64,000 nucleotides of DNA from an uncultured Verrucomicrobiae bacterium. Lineage in GTDB: Bacteria; Verrucomicrobiota; Verrucomicrobiia; Limisphaerales; Palsa-1400. The notes below the pieces were generated by a model. It saw only the letters and a program-made list of their open reading frames with translations. It did not search any database and had not been told where the DNA came from. Positions 44,802 through 53,800 of this stretch are shown piece by piece. The stretch's first letter is position 1; each line of letters begins with the position of its first letter. The translations under genes and the position numbers were made by a program. The DNA lies in assembly GCA_963759415.1 (NCBI GenBank), contig CAVWZG010000004.1, forward strand, positions 327,842-391,841. The letters run 5' to 3'.

Positions 44802-45547
44802 CAGTAGAGAACCTCGTCGCCTTCCATCATCTGACCGCGCTGCCAATCGGGCAGGATGTTGGCCACGCAGCGGTTTTTGCTCACGGACTTGATTCGCACC
44901 TTGCCCAGCAGCTTGCCGTTGCGGTCCACCATCATCTCTCCGCGCTCTTTGACTCCCTGCTCATCGCCAATATTTAGTACGACGAAATCATACTTGGGAT
45001 CGACCGCCAGGATTTTCCCCCGCAAACCGGTGGGCAGAATCACCGGGGCGGTATCATGGAAGTAATTATCCCACCGATTCACCCACTCCATCACCTTGGC
45101 GGCGAGAAGCTTGTTTTCACCGATAACAGCTTCCTTCGCTTTGCGCGTCTTTTCCAGATCGGCCATGATGCCACGAATGGCCGCCGGGTCCGGCAAACCG
45201 CTCCAGCGCTCGAGTTTTTGCTGGGCTTCGTCGCGATCGGCGCTGGCCTTGTCCAACTTGGCGGTCAAATCGGTGTTGTTCTTGGTCAAATCGTCCACCT
45301 TGCTGTTGGCGGCGTCCAAAGAACTCTTGGTCTGGGCCAGGTTCTTTTGCGTCGTCTCCAACTTGGTCTTGGTCTCGGTGAGGGTCTTTTTGGTGGTGTT
45401 ATGGGCGGCGACCTCGGAGGTGTCCTTCTGGTGCCACTCGTCCCGTTGCTGACGCGTGGTGGTGATAATATCCTGAACTTTGGTGAAAGTCAGGGCTCCA
45501 GCCGCCAACCCGGCGAGTATCGTAACGATCAGGCAAATTCTGAGCAT
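44801..45547 (-). CDS. Membrane-anchored coiled-coil protein, function unknown
   Basis: From ATG 45547: MLRICLIVTILAGLAAGALTF (TM), then a Thr/Lys/Asp/Leu-rich heptad region (TKKTLTETKTKLETTQKNLAQTKSSLDAANSKVDDLTK...), then a globular C-terminus. Confidence 0.45.
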   Translation of the reverse strand: MLRICLIVTILAGLAAGALTFTKVQDIITTTRQQRDEWHQKDTSEVAAHNTTKKTLTETKTKLETTQKNLAQTKSSLDAANSKVDDLTKNNTDLTAKLDKASADRDEAQQKLERWSGLPDPAAIRGIMADLEKTRKAKEAVIGENKLLAAKVMEWVNRWDNYFHDTAPVILPTGLRGKILAVDPKYDFVVLNIGDEQGVKERGEMMVDRNGKLLGKVRIKSVSKNRCVANILPDWQRGQMMEGDEVLY

Positions 45548-45729
45548 GTGTATAAATCCTTTTAAACTTTCAGAGAGATTACGCTGAAGCCCAAGATGTG
45601 TCAACGTTCTCTTTTTCAAGTCTTTTTCAAGGAAAGAAATGGACAAATTCCACGGGCTGGGCCATTTTTCGCGGCAGGAAAAGGGATGAGCCTGACGCCG
45701 AATTTCAGTCTGACCGCGCGGCGGAGCCT

Positions 45730-46800
45730 ATGCTTCGGCTCCGTTGCCTGGAGTGCGCCTATATGAACTTCGGCTTTTGGAATTTCTACCCGGCTTTTAA
45801 CAAGAACCGGATGTTCACCCAAACCGTCCAAACGCAGGGGCACGATTGGGCCTCGCCGTCGCGGCTTTTAGGGCAGACGTTGCAGGCCATGGGGCACCAG
45901 GTGGCCACGCTGGACATGCAGCCGTTGGAGTGGTTCGACAAGGTGTTCTTTATCGACTACCCCACGCACCTCAATCGCTACTTTCGCGCCCTGCTCAAGA
46001 AAGGGCACCCGGACATCAACCTCATTCTGTGCGAGCCGCCCATTGTGCGGCCCGGCAGCTATGACCCCGAAATACACAAGCCCTTTCGTCGGGTGATGAC
46101 CTTTTTCCAGGATGTGTGCGCGCGCGATCCGGCCAAATACGTCTTTTTCCATCTGCCTTGCATGCCGGAGCCAAAGTTGACGCCCCTGCCCTTTGCCAAA
46201 CGCAAGCTTTGCTGCTTGATCCAAAGTTACATGCTCCTGGACAGACCGACCGAAATGTATTCCGAGCGCGCCCGGGCCGCCCGATGGTTTGAAACGCACG
46301 CGGCGCAGGATTTCGATTTGATGGGGATGGACTGGGACCGGATTCTTTTGCCGGGGCGCCTTTCCGTCTTGAATTTCGCCCTGCGCGCCGCCTACCGGCG
46401 AGTGTGGCCGTTATCGGCGCTCAAGTTCCGGCGTTATCCCTCGTTCATCGGCCCCAACGTGAAAGGCAAGCACCAGACCTTGATGGATTACCGCTTCCAC
46501 CTCGCTTACGAGAACTCGGTGCATAAGGACAACATATCGGAGAAGCTCTTCGACTGCTTTTACGCCGGCTGCGTGCCGATTTACCTGGGGGCGCCCAACG
46601 TCACGGAATACATTCCGGCCAACACATTCATTGACAAACGCAATTTTACCTACGAGGAATTGTATCGCTACATCGCGAACATGCCCGAGCGCGAATACAA
46701 TGGCTATATCGAGGCCGCCGAGGCTTATTTGCGCAGCCCGGCCCTGCGCCCTTTCACGCCCGAGGGTTACGTGGAGATTTTCACCAGGAATTTCGCCTGA
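45730..46800 (+). CDS. Glycosyltransferase family 10-like (alpha-1,3/4-fucosyltransferase-like)
   Basis: The C-terminal block FHLAYENSVHKDNISEKLFDCFYAGCVPIYLGAPNVTEYIPANTFID matches the GT10 ...ENS...Y(V/I)(T/S)EK...VP(V/I)Y.G... pattern. The start is uncertain (ATG 45730 or 45763). Confidence 0.6.
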   Translation: MLRLRCLECAYMNFGFWNFYPAFNKNRMFTQTVQTQGHDWASPSRLLGQTLQAMGHQVATLDMQPLEWFDKVFFIDYPTHLNRYFRALLKKGHPDINLILCEPPIVRPGSYDPEIHKPFRRVMTFFQDVCARDPAKYVFFHLPCMPEPKLTPLPFAKRKLCCLIQSYMLLDRPTEMYSERARAARWFETHAAQDFDLMGMDWDRILLPGRLSVLNFALRAAYRRVWPLSALKFRRYPSFIGPNVKGKHQTLMDYRFHLAYENSVHKDNISEKLFDCFYAGCVPIYLGAPNVTEYIPANTFIDKRNFTYEELYRYIANMPEREYNGYIEAAEAYLRSPALRPFTPEGYVEIFTRNFA

Positions 46801-46864
46801 CCTGATCCTTGAGCGCAGCGCGGCTCCCTGCGACCAGTGCATTTCACATTTTCAGGTGGTATTT

Positions 46865-46945
46865 CCCCATTCTTAATCCTAATCCTAATCTTAATCGTAA
46901 TCGGGTTACGGAGGGGATTAGGATTAGGATTAAGATCAAGAGGGG
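46865..46945. repeat. Long palindrome whose arms are (CNTAAT)n hexamer repeats
   Basis: TTAATCCTAATCCTAATC (46873-46890) pairs perfectly with GATTAGGATTAGGATTAA (46916-46933). The outer CCCC/GGGG and an inner CGTAA...TTACG mini-stem extend it. It lies between the GT10-like gene and parE. Confidence 0.65.
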
Positions 46946-47027
46946 AAACCGAAAGGCGAAATGCACCCCTATCTTCATCCACCCTTGAGCCAAGATTCCA
47001 GTTGCAATCGGGGCGTTCCGCCCAATA

Positions 47028-48882
47028 TTGAAGGCTTGGTTATTTATGGCTGAAAGCAAAAAACACGTTTACGACGAAAGCAAAATCAAGACGCTTTCCT
47101 CGCTCGAACATATCCGCCTGCGCACCGGCATGTACATCGGCCGCATCGGCGACGGCTCCCATTACGAAGACGGCTGCTACATCCTGCTCAAGGAGGTCAT
47201 CGATAATGCGATCGACGAATTTATCATGGGCTACGGCAAGGAGGTGCGCATCGACATCGAGGGCACGGCGGTGAGCGTGCGCGATTTCGGACGCGGCATC
47301 CCGCTGGGCAAAGTGGTCGATTGCGTCTCCAAGATCAACACCGGGGCCAAATATAACGACGACGTCTTCCAATTCAGCGTCGGCCTCAACGGCGTCGGCA
47401 CCAAGGCGGTCAACGCGCTCTCGAAGGAGTTTTTGGTGCGCAGCCATCGCGGGGGCGAATTTGTCGAGGCCGCGTTTAAGACGGGGCAGTTGAAGAACGA
47501 AAAGAACGGCAAGGACGCCGCCGAACCGGACGGCACGTTCATCCGGTTTGTGCCGGATCCGGAGATATTCAAGGCGAGCGCCTTCCTGCCCGGAATTCGT
47601 GGAGAAGCGGCTGCGGCATTACAGCTATCTGAACACCGGGCTGAAACTCATTTACAACGGGCAGACTTTTGTATCGCGCAACGGCCTGCTCGACCTCGTC
47701 ATGGAGGATTTGCAGGCCGACCACGCCGAGCCGATTTATCCGCCGCTGCACTATTCGGGCAAGACGCTGGAATTCTGCTTTACGCACAGCAACAGCCGCT
47801 ACGGCGAGACGTTCTTTTCCTTCGTCAACGGCCAGTACACGGCCGACGGCGGCACGCATCTGAGCGCGTTTCGCGAAGGATTGCTCAAGGCGGTGAACGA
47901 GTATTGCCAAGGGCAAATTCGAGGGGGACGACGTGCGCGAATGCATGATCGGCGCGGTGGCCATTCGGATCAAAGACCCGGTCTTCGAGTCGCAAACCAA
48001 GAACAAACTGGGCAACACGGAAATCCGCTCCGAGCTGGTCAACACCGTACGCGAGGAGTTGCTGCATTTCTTCAACCGCAACAAGCGAGGTGGCCGAAAA
48101 GATCATGGCCAAGGTCCAGGACACCCAGCAGTTGCGCAAGGAATTGCAGGAGGTCAAGAAGCTGGCGCGCGAGCGGGCCAAGGCCGTGACCATCCGCATC
48201 CCGCAGTTGCGGGACTGCAAAGTTCATTTTGACAAGCCGAAAGGCAAAGGCCGGGGAACCGATGGTCTTCCTGACGGAGGGCCAGTCGGCGGCGGGGCCG
48301 ATCATGAGCAGCCGCGACGTCAATATGCAGGCCGTTTTTGTCCTCAAGGGCAAGCCCCTCAACGTCTGGGACCTCAAGCGGGACATCGTCTATCGAAACG
48401 ACGAGATGTACAACCTCATGCGCAGCCTGGACATCGAGGACAACATCGATAACCTGCGCTATGAAAAGGTCGTCCTGGCCACGGACGCGGACGTTGATGG
48501 ATTGCACATCCGCAATTTACTGATCACGTATTTTTTCCGATTCTTCGATCATCTGGTGCATGACGGGCATTTGCACGTGTTGGAGACGCCGTTGTTTCGC
48601 GCGCGCAACAAGGAGGAGACCGTTTATTGTTACAGCGAGGCGGAGCGGGACGCGGCGGCGGCAAGATTGGGGAAGAATTGCGAGATCACGCGCTTCAAGG
48701 GCCTGGGCGAAATTTCGCCGCACGAATTCAAGCAATTCATCGGCCCGCAGATGCGTTTGAGCCAGGTCGAATACGCGCCCAAGCCGGAGACGGCGGGCAT
48801 CCTGACCTTCTACATGGGCAAGAACACGCCGGAGCGGAAGGATTACATCATGGAGAATCTGGTGGTGCCGGTGGAGGAATGA
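47028..48882 (+). CDS. parE: Type IIA topoisomerase subunit B (topoisomerase IV ParE-like), broken by 4 frameshifts in this sequence
   Basis: GHKL ATPase N-terminus ([40 protein letters not shown]; [16 protein letters not shown]), transducer ([24 protein letters not shown]), [13 protein letters not shown], Toprim ([11 protein letters not shown]; [12 protein letters not shown]) and the tail. These are spread over ORFs 47028-47948, 47548-48189, 47933-48232, 48090-48452 and 48229-48882 (frames 0,1,2,0,1). Confidence 0.8.
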
Positions 48883-48891
48883 GAAACTTGC

Positions 48892-50076
48892 ATGGAAAAA
48901 ATGCTGGGAGAAATCAAGCGACTTTTGAACGACACGCAGATGCTGCAGTTTTATGAAAAGCAACTGATGCAGGCGACAGGGGAGCATTTTAATGTTTTTG
49001 AAATTCTCCGCATCAGGTCTCGTGAAGTTACGACGCACTCCCCAATGCTGGCAGAATTGCTGGATCCGAAAGGGCGACATGGAATGGGTCACCTCTTCCT
49101 TGATATCTTCACCAAACTGCCCTTCGCTAAGAAGGTTCCATTGGGGTTGGAAGTGGACTCGGCCACACGGGTTAAGCAGGAATATCCGGTCGGGCCAAAA
49201 TGTGAAGACAGCGGGGGGAGAATTGACATCCTCATCACAGACAAAAACAACACGGAAGTTGTGATCGAGAACAAAATATATGCGATCGACCAGGACAAAC
49301 AAATCACCGGCTACCTCAAAGCACGCCCTCAGGCCAAGGTGCTTTACCTCACTTTAGACAGGCATAAACCAATCGAAAAGGTCCCTCCGGAGGACACAGA
49401 GCGATTTGCCTGCATTTCCTACAAAACCGACGTCATCCAGTGGTTGGAAGCCTGCCGCAAAGAAGCGGCGCACGCGCCACTCGTCCGCGAAACTATCACC
49501 CAATACATCAACCTTATCAAAGTTCTCACCGGTCAGAACATAAATTCGCGTATGAACGAACAAATCACCAAGTCCATTCTTCATGACAAAGACTCTCTCG
49601 AAGCCTTCTTCACACTCTTGGGGAGCAAAGAGCACGTCATCAACGAGCTGCTGAAGAAGTTGGAGGCGCAGTGCAAAGAAATCGGCGCGGAATTCAAGCT
49701 GCAACTGGATTTCGATCCCGACGTTAGCGCCGCTCATTGTGGCTTTGCCTTCTCCGACGATGAGATGAAACAACGTAATCTTGAAATTCGCTTCCAGTTT
49801 GAACAAAACAACTTTCGCAGCTTAAACTTTGGAATCGCCCGCAAGGTCGAAGAAGCAGAAAAGAAAGCTACGCGCACACCCATTACGGATGGTTGCGACA
49901 GAATCTTTGGGAAGTGCACCTATGGCTCATGGTGGCCAGCCGAGAAGCGATGGCAGGGGAGAGAAGATTGGTGGACCGATGGTACTTTCCAGGACATCTT
50001 TACAGGTGTATTCGAAAAGGAACTACGAGAGAAGGTCGCGCAATTGGCTAAAATCTTACTCCAGACAAAAGTTTAG
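48892..50076 (+). CDS. PD-(D/E)XK nuclease superfamily protein (PDDEXK_9-like)
   Basis: THSPMLAELLDPKGRHGMGHLFLDIF, then GGRIDILITDKNNTEVVIENKIYAIDQDKQITGY (D...E-x-K core). 47% GC in a spot count (49201-49260). It starts 9 nt after the parE stop. Confidence 0.6.
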   Translation: MEKMLGEIKRLLNDTQMLQFYEKQLMQATGEHFNVFEILRIRSREVTTHSPMLAELLDPKGRHGMGHLFLDIFTKLPFAKKVPLGLEVDSATRVKQEYPVGPKCEDSGGRIDILITDKNNTEVVIENKIYAIDQDKQITGYLKARPQAKVLYLTLDRHKPIEKVPPEDTERFACISYKTDVIQWLEACRKEAAHAPLVRETITQYINLIKVLTGQNINSRMNEQITKSILHDKDSLEAFFTLLGSKEHVINELLKKLEAQCKEIGAEFKLQLDFDPDVSAAHCGFAFSDDEMKQRNLEIRFQFEQNNFRSLNFGIARKVEEAEKKATRTPITDGCDRIFGKCTYGSWWPAEKRWQGREDWWTDGTFQDIFTGVFEKELREKVAQLAKILLQTKV

Positions 50077-50405
50077 TCCTGCCCCCCAGCCCCAATAATC
50101 ACCAGTTGTCCCGGCTGGATCGCCGGAAGCAGGGCGCAAACCTTGGGCATCAGCGGGCGCAAGTGAACCAAACGAGTGCTCTCAGCCTGAAGCACCACCA
50201 CGGCAATGGAGTATTTGGACATGTTCTGTTGAAAAGAAAGATTTTGATCGCCAGTGATGAAGGCCTCGAATTGTTCCTGGGCCAGCGCGAGAAGTTTTCC
50301 GTTCTTGACGCCACTCCAACCCATTTCCTGCGCCGTTTTGACGGTGTGGCCGGGCAAGTCGCGCGCCAAACGCCAATCCAGACATTCGTCGAGGAGAACG
50401 TTCAC
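50073..50405 (-). CDS. DUF5615-like (PIN/Mut7-C-like) putative toxin
   Basis: MNVLLDECLDWRLARDLPGHTVKTAQEMGWSGVKNGKLLALAQEQFEAFITGDQNL..., 110 aa. It lies 1 nt downstream of a DUF433 gene, the pairing I know as a putative TA module. Confidence 0.55.
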   Translation of the reverse strand: MNVLLDECLDWRLARDLPGHTVKTAQEMGWSGVKNGKLLALAQEQFEAFITGDQNLSFQQNMSKYSIAVVVLQAESTRLVHLRPLMPKVCALLPAIQPGQLVIIGAGGQD

Positions 50406-50406
50406 C

Positions 50407-50628
50407 TCAGGCGGGGGTGAGCAGGCTCTCCTTGGCGGCTTCGATAAACGCGATTACCTGCTCGCGTTTAACGGCGGGGAATCCCGCCAGGAAATCCTCG
50501 ATAGATTCGCCGCCTTCCAGGTAGTCCACGAGGTTTTGCACGGGCACCCGCGTGCCGGTGAACACGGGAGTGCCCCCCATGATCTCGGGATCGCGGTGAA
50601 ACACTAGAGCCATCTCCAAGTTTTTCAT
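50407..50628 (-). CDS. DUF433 putative antitoxin
   Basis: DPEIMGGTPVFTGTRVPVQNLVDYLEGGESIEDFLAGFPAVKREQVIAFIE matches the DUF433 pattern. Confidence 0.65.
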   Translation of the reverse strand: MKNLEMALVFHRDPEIMGGTPVFTGTRVPVQNLVDYLEGGESIEDFLAGFPAVKREQVIAFIEAAKESLLTPA

Positions 50629-50727
50629 GGGAGCAATCTACGCCGGCTGCACCGTTGCGACAAGCTTCACAAATGAAAAGGTAAAGCCTTGCTCAAACAA
50701 TTTCTATGCGTATAATAGATCAAAAGC

Positions 50728-50925
50728 ATGAGCGCACAGGAAATCATTGAACAGATTAAATCGCTTCCTCCAACGGAACGGGCTGCGGTGGCCAAATTCG
50801 TTGTAGAACAGGATGATTCCTGGATTCCGGATGAATTCAAGGAGGCGATGAAAGATGCCGAAGAAGGGCGTTGCGTGGATATGGAACAAGCTCTATTCGA
50901 GACGCCTCCCGCGCGCCTGCGATGA
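50728..50925 (+). CDS. Putative addiction-module antitoxin component (TIGR02574-like), with no partner gene
   Basis: MSAQEIIEQIKSLPPTERAAVAKFVVEQDDSWIP..., 65 aa. The stop lies 20 nt before the target duplication of IS copy 1. Confidence 0.4.
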   Translation: MSAQEIIEQIKSLPPTERAAVAKFVVEQDDSWIPDEFKEAMKDAEEGRCVDMEQALFETPPARLR

Positions 50926-50955
50926 ACTGAGACAAGGTAGGGCGGCGCTGCGCCG

Positions 50956-52342
50956 CACTGGTGTCCAGCTATAAGTCGTTGAACTCAAAGGACTTCTGAA
51001 AAGCGAACTGGCCGCCAGACAACAGGTTTTCATTCGTTTTCGTTGCAAGTATCTCTGTTGCAGCAGCTTGCTCGAAAATATTGACACTGCAAATTTGCAA
51101 AATTTCGTTCAAGGTTCTGTTGATCCCGAGTTGCTTCTTGACTATCGCCACCATCAGATACGCACAGATGGCGCACCAGATTTGGCAGCGCACCGCGTTC
51201 TCGGAGCGGCCATAAAAGGCGCGCAGTCGCAAATGTTGTTTGATCCATTTGAAAAACAGTTCGACCCGCCATCGTTGCTTGTAGAGTTGGGCGACCATCT
51301 GGGCTGAAAGCGAAAAGTTGTTCGTGAGCAGAACTAACATGACTTTGTTTTCCGCATCGAAAAAGCGAATTTTTCGCATCGGCTCGGGAAACGATGTGGC
51401 CGACCAATTGCTTTTTAACCGCACGGTTTGATCGCACTTGAAGCCGGCAGACTGATCGACTGTTCTTCGGTCCAGGATTTGAAAGCTCACCGGTTCCTTG
51501 CAACGCACCACAAAAAAAGCGCCGCCCTTGTGTAAACGGTACAGGCGGACAAAATCCATATAACCGCGGTCCATCACGTAGTACGCTCCGAGATAGACGG
51601 GAATGTGATCGATCATGGTGAGGTCGGCCACGTGGGCGCCAGTCACGACCGCCCACGCGGGCAAATTTCCCTCTAAAGAGAGCATTAAATGAAGTTTCAG
51701 GGCGGCTTGTTTGGTTCTGGCGTAGTAGCCCCAGGGGAACAAATTCAGCGCCAGCGAGATGATTGAGGAATCCAGCGCAAAGACCAGGTGGGGCAAGTCC
51801 AGATCCAAGGAGTCGGGCCGGTAGAGACGGCTGGCCCGACGCATGAGCGTTTGGGCCATGCTCTGGAAGAGTCGCCAATCCCGGTGCTTGTTGGCGTAGG
51901 CCAGATTGGTCCGGGTGATGCGGCCTCGGAATCCCAAATGGTAAAGCAATTTGGGTTTTGAATTCAGACAGGCCACAATGTCGCGCAGGCTTTCGCGATA
52001 GGTCAATTGCCCAAAACACATCGCCAGGAAATGGTCGTATTGCGTGAGGCCGCGCGCAGGCTTGGCGTTGGGAAATTTTTTACACGCGCGGGAAAACTCC
52101 GCAGCATACAGATTGCCGGCGATTTGAGAGAAAAGAGTCGGAGGTGGTTGCATCCACCATTATAGGCGGCAGAACCGGGGGCAAATCAAAATTTGTCAAG
52201 GCATGTTTTTGACAGGCATGTTTTTGATTTTTGAGCGATTTTTTGACGTTGAAGCTGATGTCGATAACAACACGGGCCTTCACAAAGCCCTGAATAATAA
52301 GGGCTTTGATGAGGCCATTCCTCAGGTAGCTGGACACCAGTG
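50956..52342 (-). mobile_element. IS4-family insertion sequence, copy 1 (1387 bp), flanked by the 10-bp direct repeat CGCTGCGCCG
   Basis: Terminal inverted repeats CACTGGTGTCCAGCTA at both ends. Target duplication at 50946-50955 and 52343-52352. It differs from copy 2 by a 15-bp tandem duplication (52200-52214/52215-52229) and one synonymous change in codon 3. Confidence 0.85.
50969..52153 (-). CDS. IS4-family DDE transposase
   Basis: 394 aa. DUF4372-like N-terminus (YDHFLAMCFGQLTYRESLRDIVACL), DDE regions (VFALDSSII; YVMDRGYMDF) and the Y-(2)-R-(3)-E-(6)-K signature in YKQRWRVELFFKWIK. Confidence 0.9.
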   Translation of the reverse strand: MQPPPTLFSQIAGNLYAAEFSRACKKFPNAKPARGLTQYDHFLAMCFGQLTYRESLRDIVACLNSKPKLLYHLGFRGRITRTNLAYANKHRDWRLFQSMAQTLMRRASRLYRPDSLDLDLPHLVFALDSSIISLALNLFPWGYYARTKQAALKLHLMLSLEGNLPAWAVVTGAHVADLTMIDHIPVYLGAYYVMDRGYMDFVRLYRLHKGGAFFVVRCKEPVSFQILDRRTVDQSAGFKCDQTVRLKSNWSATSFPEPMRKIRFFDAENKVMLVLLTNNFSLSAQMVAQLYKQRWRVELFFKWIKQHLRLRAFYGRSENAVRCQIWCAICAYLMVAIVKKQLGINRTLNEILQICSVNIFEQAAATEILATKTNENLLSGGQFAFQKSFEFNDL

Positions 52343-52367
52343 CGCTGCGCCGCCGCCCTGAATAAAT

Positions 52368-52397
52368 GGGCCGCGACGCAGCGCGGCCCTACCTTTG
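52368..52397. repeat. GC-rich REP-like palindrome (intact family member)
   Basis: GGGCCGCG-ACGCA-GCGCGGCCC followed by TACCTTTG, located 16 nt from the palindrome interrupted by IS copy 1. Confidence 0.55.
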
Positions 52398-52831
52398 AGA
52401 AAACAATAATATTAGAGGTGCGCCTGATGTCAGGAAGTTATTCTTGCGGGCGCCTAATGTGGCTGGCGCTTGTCGGTTCAGCCGCGACTCGATTTTCGGC
52501 CAGCAATTGCTACCACGTCACCACTCATTCCTATGACGAAAAGGAGCGGCTTGCCAAGCACAGACTTCACGAAATGGCTGCTGCAGGCTTTTTGCGAGAA
52601 TTCTTCGGGGGTATAGAGGGTGGGATTTATCTGCCTCCGCAGTTTCCCTGTCGCCTGTGAGCAAGCTCTCCTTAGCGGCTTGTGTATGCCTCAAATGGGA
52701 CGGACGGCGGGGGCGCCGACCGCCACACGCGAGGCGCGTGTGCTCCCCGGGAGATGAAATGCGGAGGCTTGGACGATCACCTGCGCGCCTTGCGCTTGGA
52801 AGGGGAAGGCTGTAAGGATGTGGTATGATAA

Positions 52832-53770
52832 ATGAAAGAGAATGGGAACGGCGGGGATGGGCGAATTATTAACGCCATGCTGCCTGGCCAAAAACGTTCC
52901 ATTCACTTGTTTCGATTCATGGGGATCGATGTCTTCCTGCATTGGTCGTGGTTCGTGGTGGCGATTATTCAAATCCAGTGGCGCGCCGGACTTTACTCCT
53001 CCTACTTGTGGTGCGCGTTGGAATACCTGGCGCTGTTCGCCATCGTGCTGATGCACGAGTTCGGCCATTCGCTGGCCTGCCGCAGCGTGGGCGGGCGGGC
53101 GGATCAGATCGTGCTGTGGCCGTTGGGCGGCGTGGCCTACGTGGACCCGCCGCCGCGACCTGGAGCGACGCTCTGGAGCCTGGCCGCCGGACCGCTGGTC
53201 AATGCCCTGCTCTTCCCGGTTTTTTCCGTTTTCCGAATGGTGACTCTCTCGATGCACTTGGATGGCACCATGCCAAATCTCTACGCATTCGTGTTAGCGT
53301 TATGGTGGATTAACCTGATCCTGTTGCTGTTCAACCTCCTGCCGATCTATCCGCTGGACGGCGGGCAGATTCTGCGCTCGTTGCTCTGGTTTCTGGTCGG
53401 ACGCGCCCGCAGCTTGATGATCGCCACCATACTTGGATTGATCGCGGTGGGGTTGCTGCTGCTGTTCGCGATAAGAACTCCGTGGCTCGGACTGATTGGC
53501 GTGTTCGCCCTGTTTCAGTGCTGGAGCGGCTTGCAGCAGGCGCGGTTGCTGGCGCGCCTCGAGGCCGCCCCGCGCCACGCCGGCCTGGCTTGTCCGTCTT
53601 GCCATCATGCGCCGCCGGCGGGCGACTTTTGGGTTTGTGGGCGCTGCCGCCAGCCGTTTGACATGTTCGCGACGCAGGGGACTTGCCCCAAATGCGGGGT
53701 CATGTTCGATGGCGCGCGCTGTTTGGAGTGCGGGCAGATGCACCCGATACAGGCGTTTTTCCAGTCTTAA
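52832..53770 (+). CDS. M50 (site-2 protease) family metalloprotease with a C-terminal double zinc ribbon
   Basis: VLMHEFGHSLACR (HExxH), FNLLPIYPLDGGQIL (NxxPxxxLDG), multi-TM. The tail carries four CxxC pairs (CPSCHH, CGRC, CPKCG, CLECG). Confidence 0.7.
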   Translation: MKENGNGGDGRIINAMLPGQKRSIHLFRFMGIDVFLHWSWFVVAIIQIQWRAGLYSSYLWCALEYLALFAIVLMHEFGHSLACRSVGGRADQIVLWPLGGVAYVDPPPRPGATLWSLAAGPLVNALLFPVFSVFRMVTLSMHLDGTMPNLYAFVLALWWINLILLLFNLLPIYPLDGGQILRSLLWFLVGRARSLMIATILGLIAVGLLLLFAIRTPWLGLIGVFALFQCWSGLQQARLLARLEAAPRHAGLACPSCHHAPPAGDFWVCGRCRQPFDMFATQGTCPKCGVMFDGARCLECGQMHPIQAFFQS

Positions 53771-53800
53771 TCCTCCTAATATTGGGGCGGCGCGGCAGCG

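Noticed and set aside
46837-47059. Short ORFs encoding LILILILIVIGL... or ...LILILILIPSV... across the hexamer palindrome.
   Set aside because: These are artefacts of translating (CNTAAT)n repeats on both strands.
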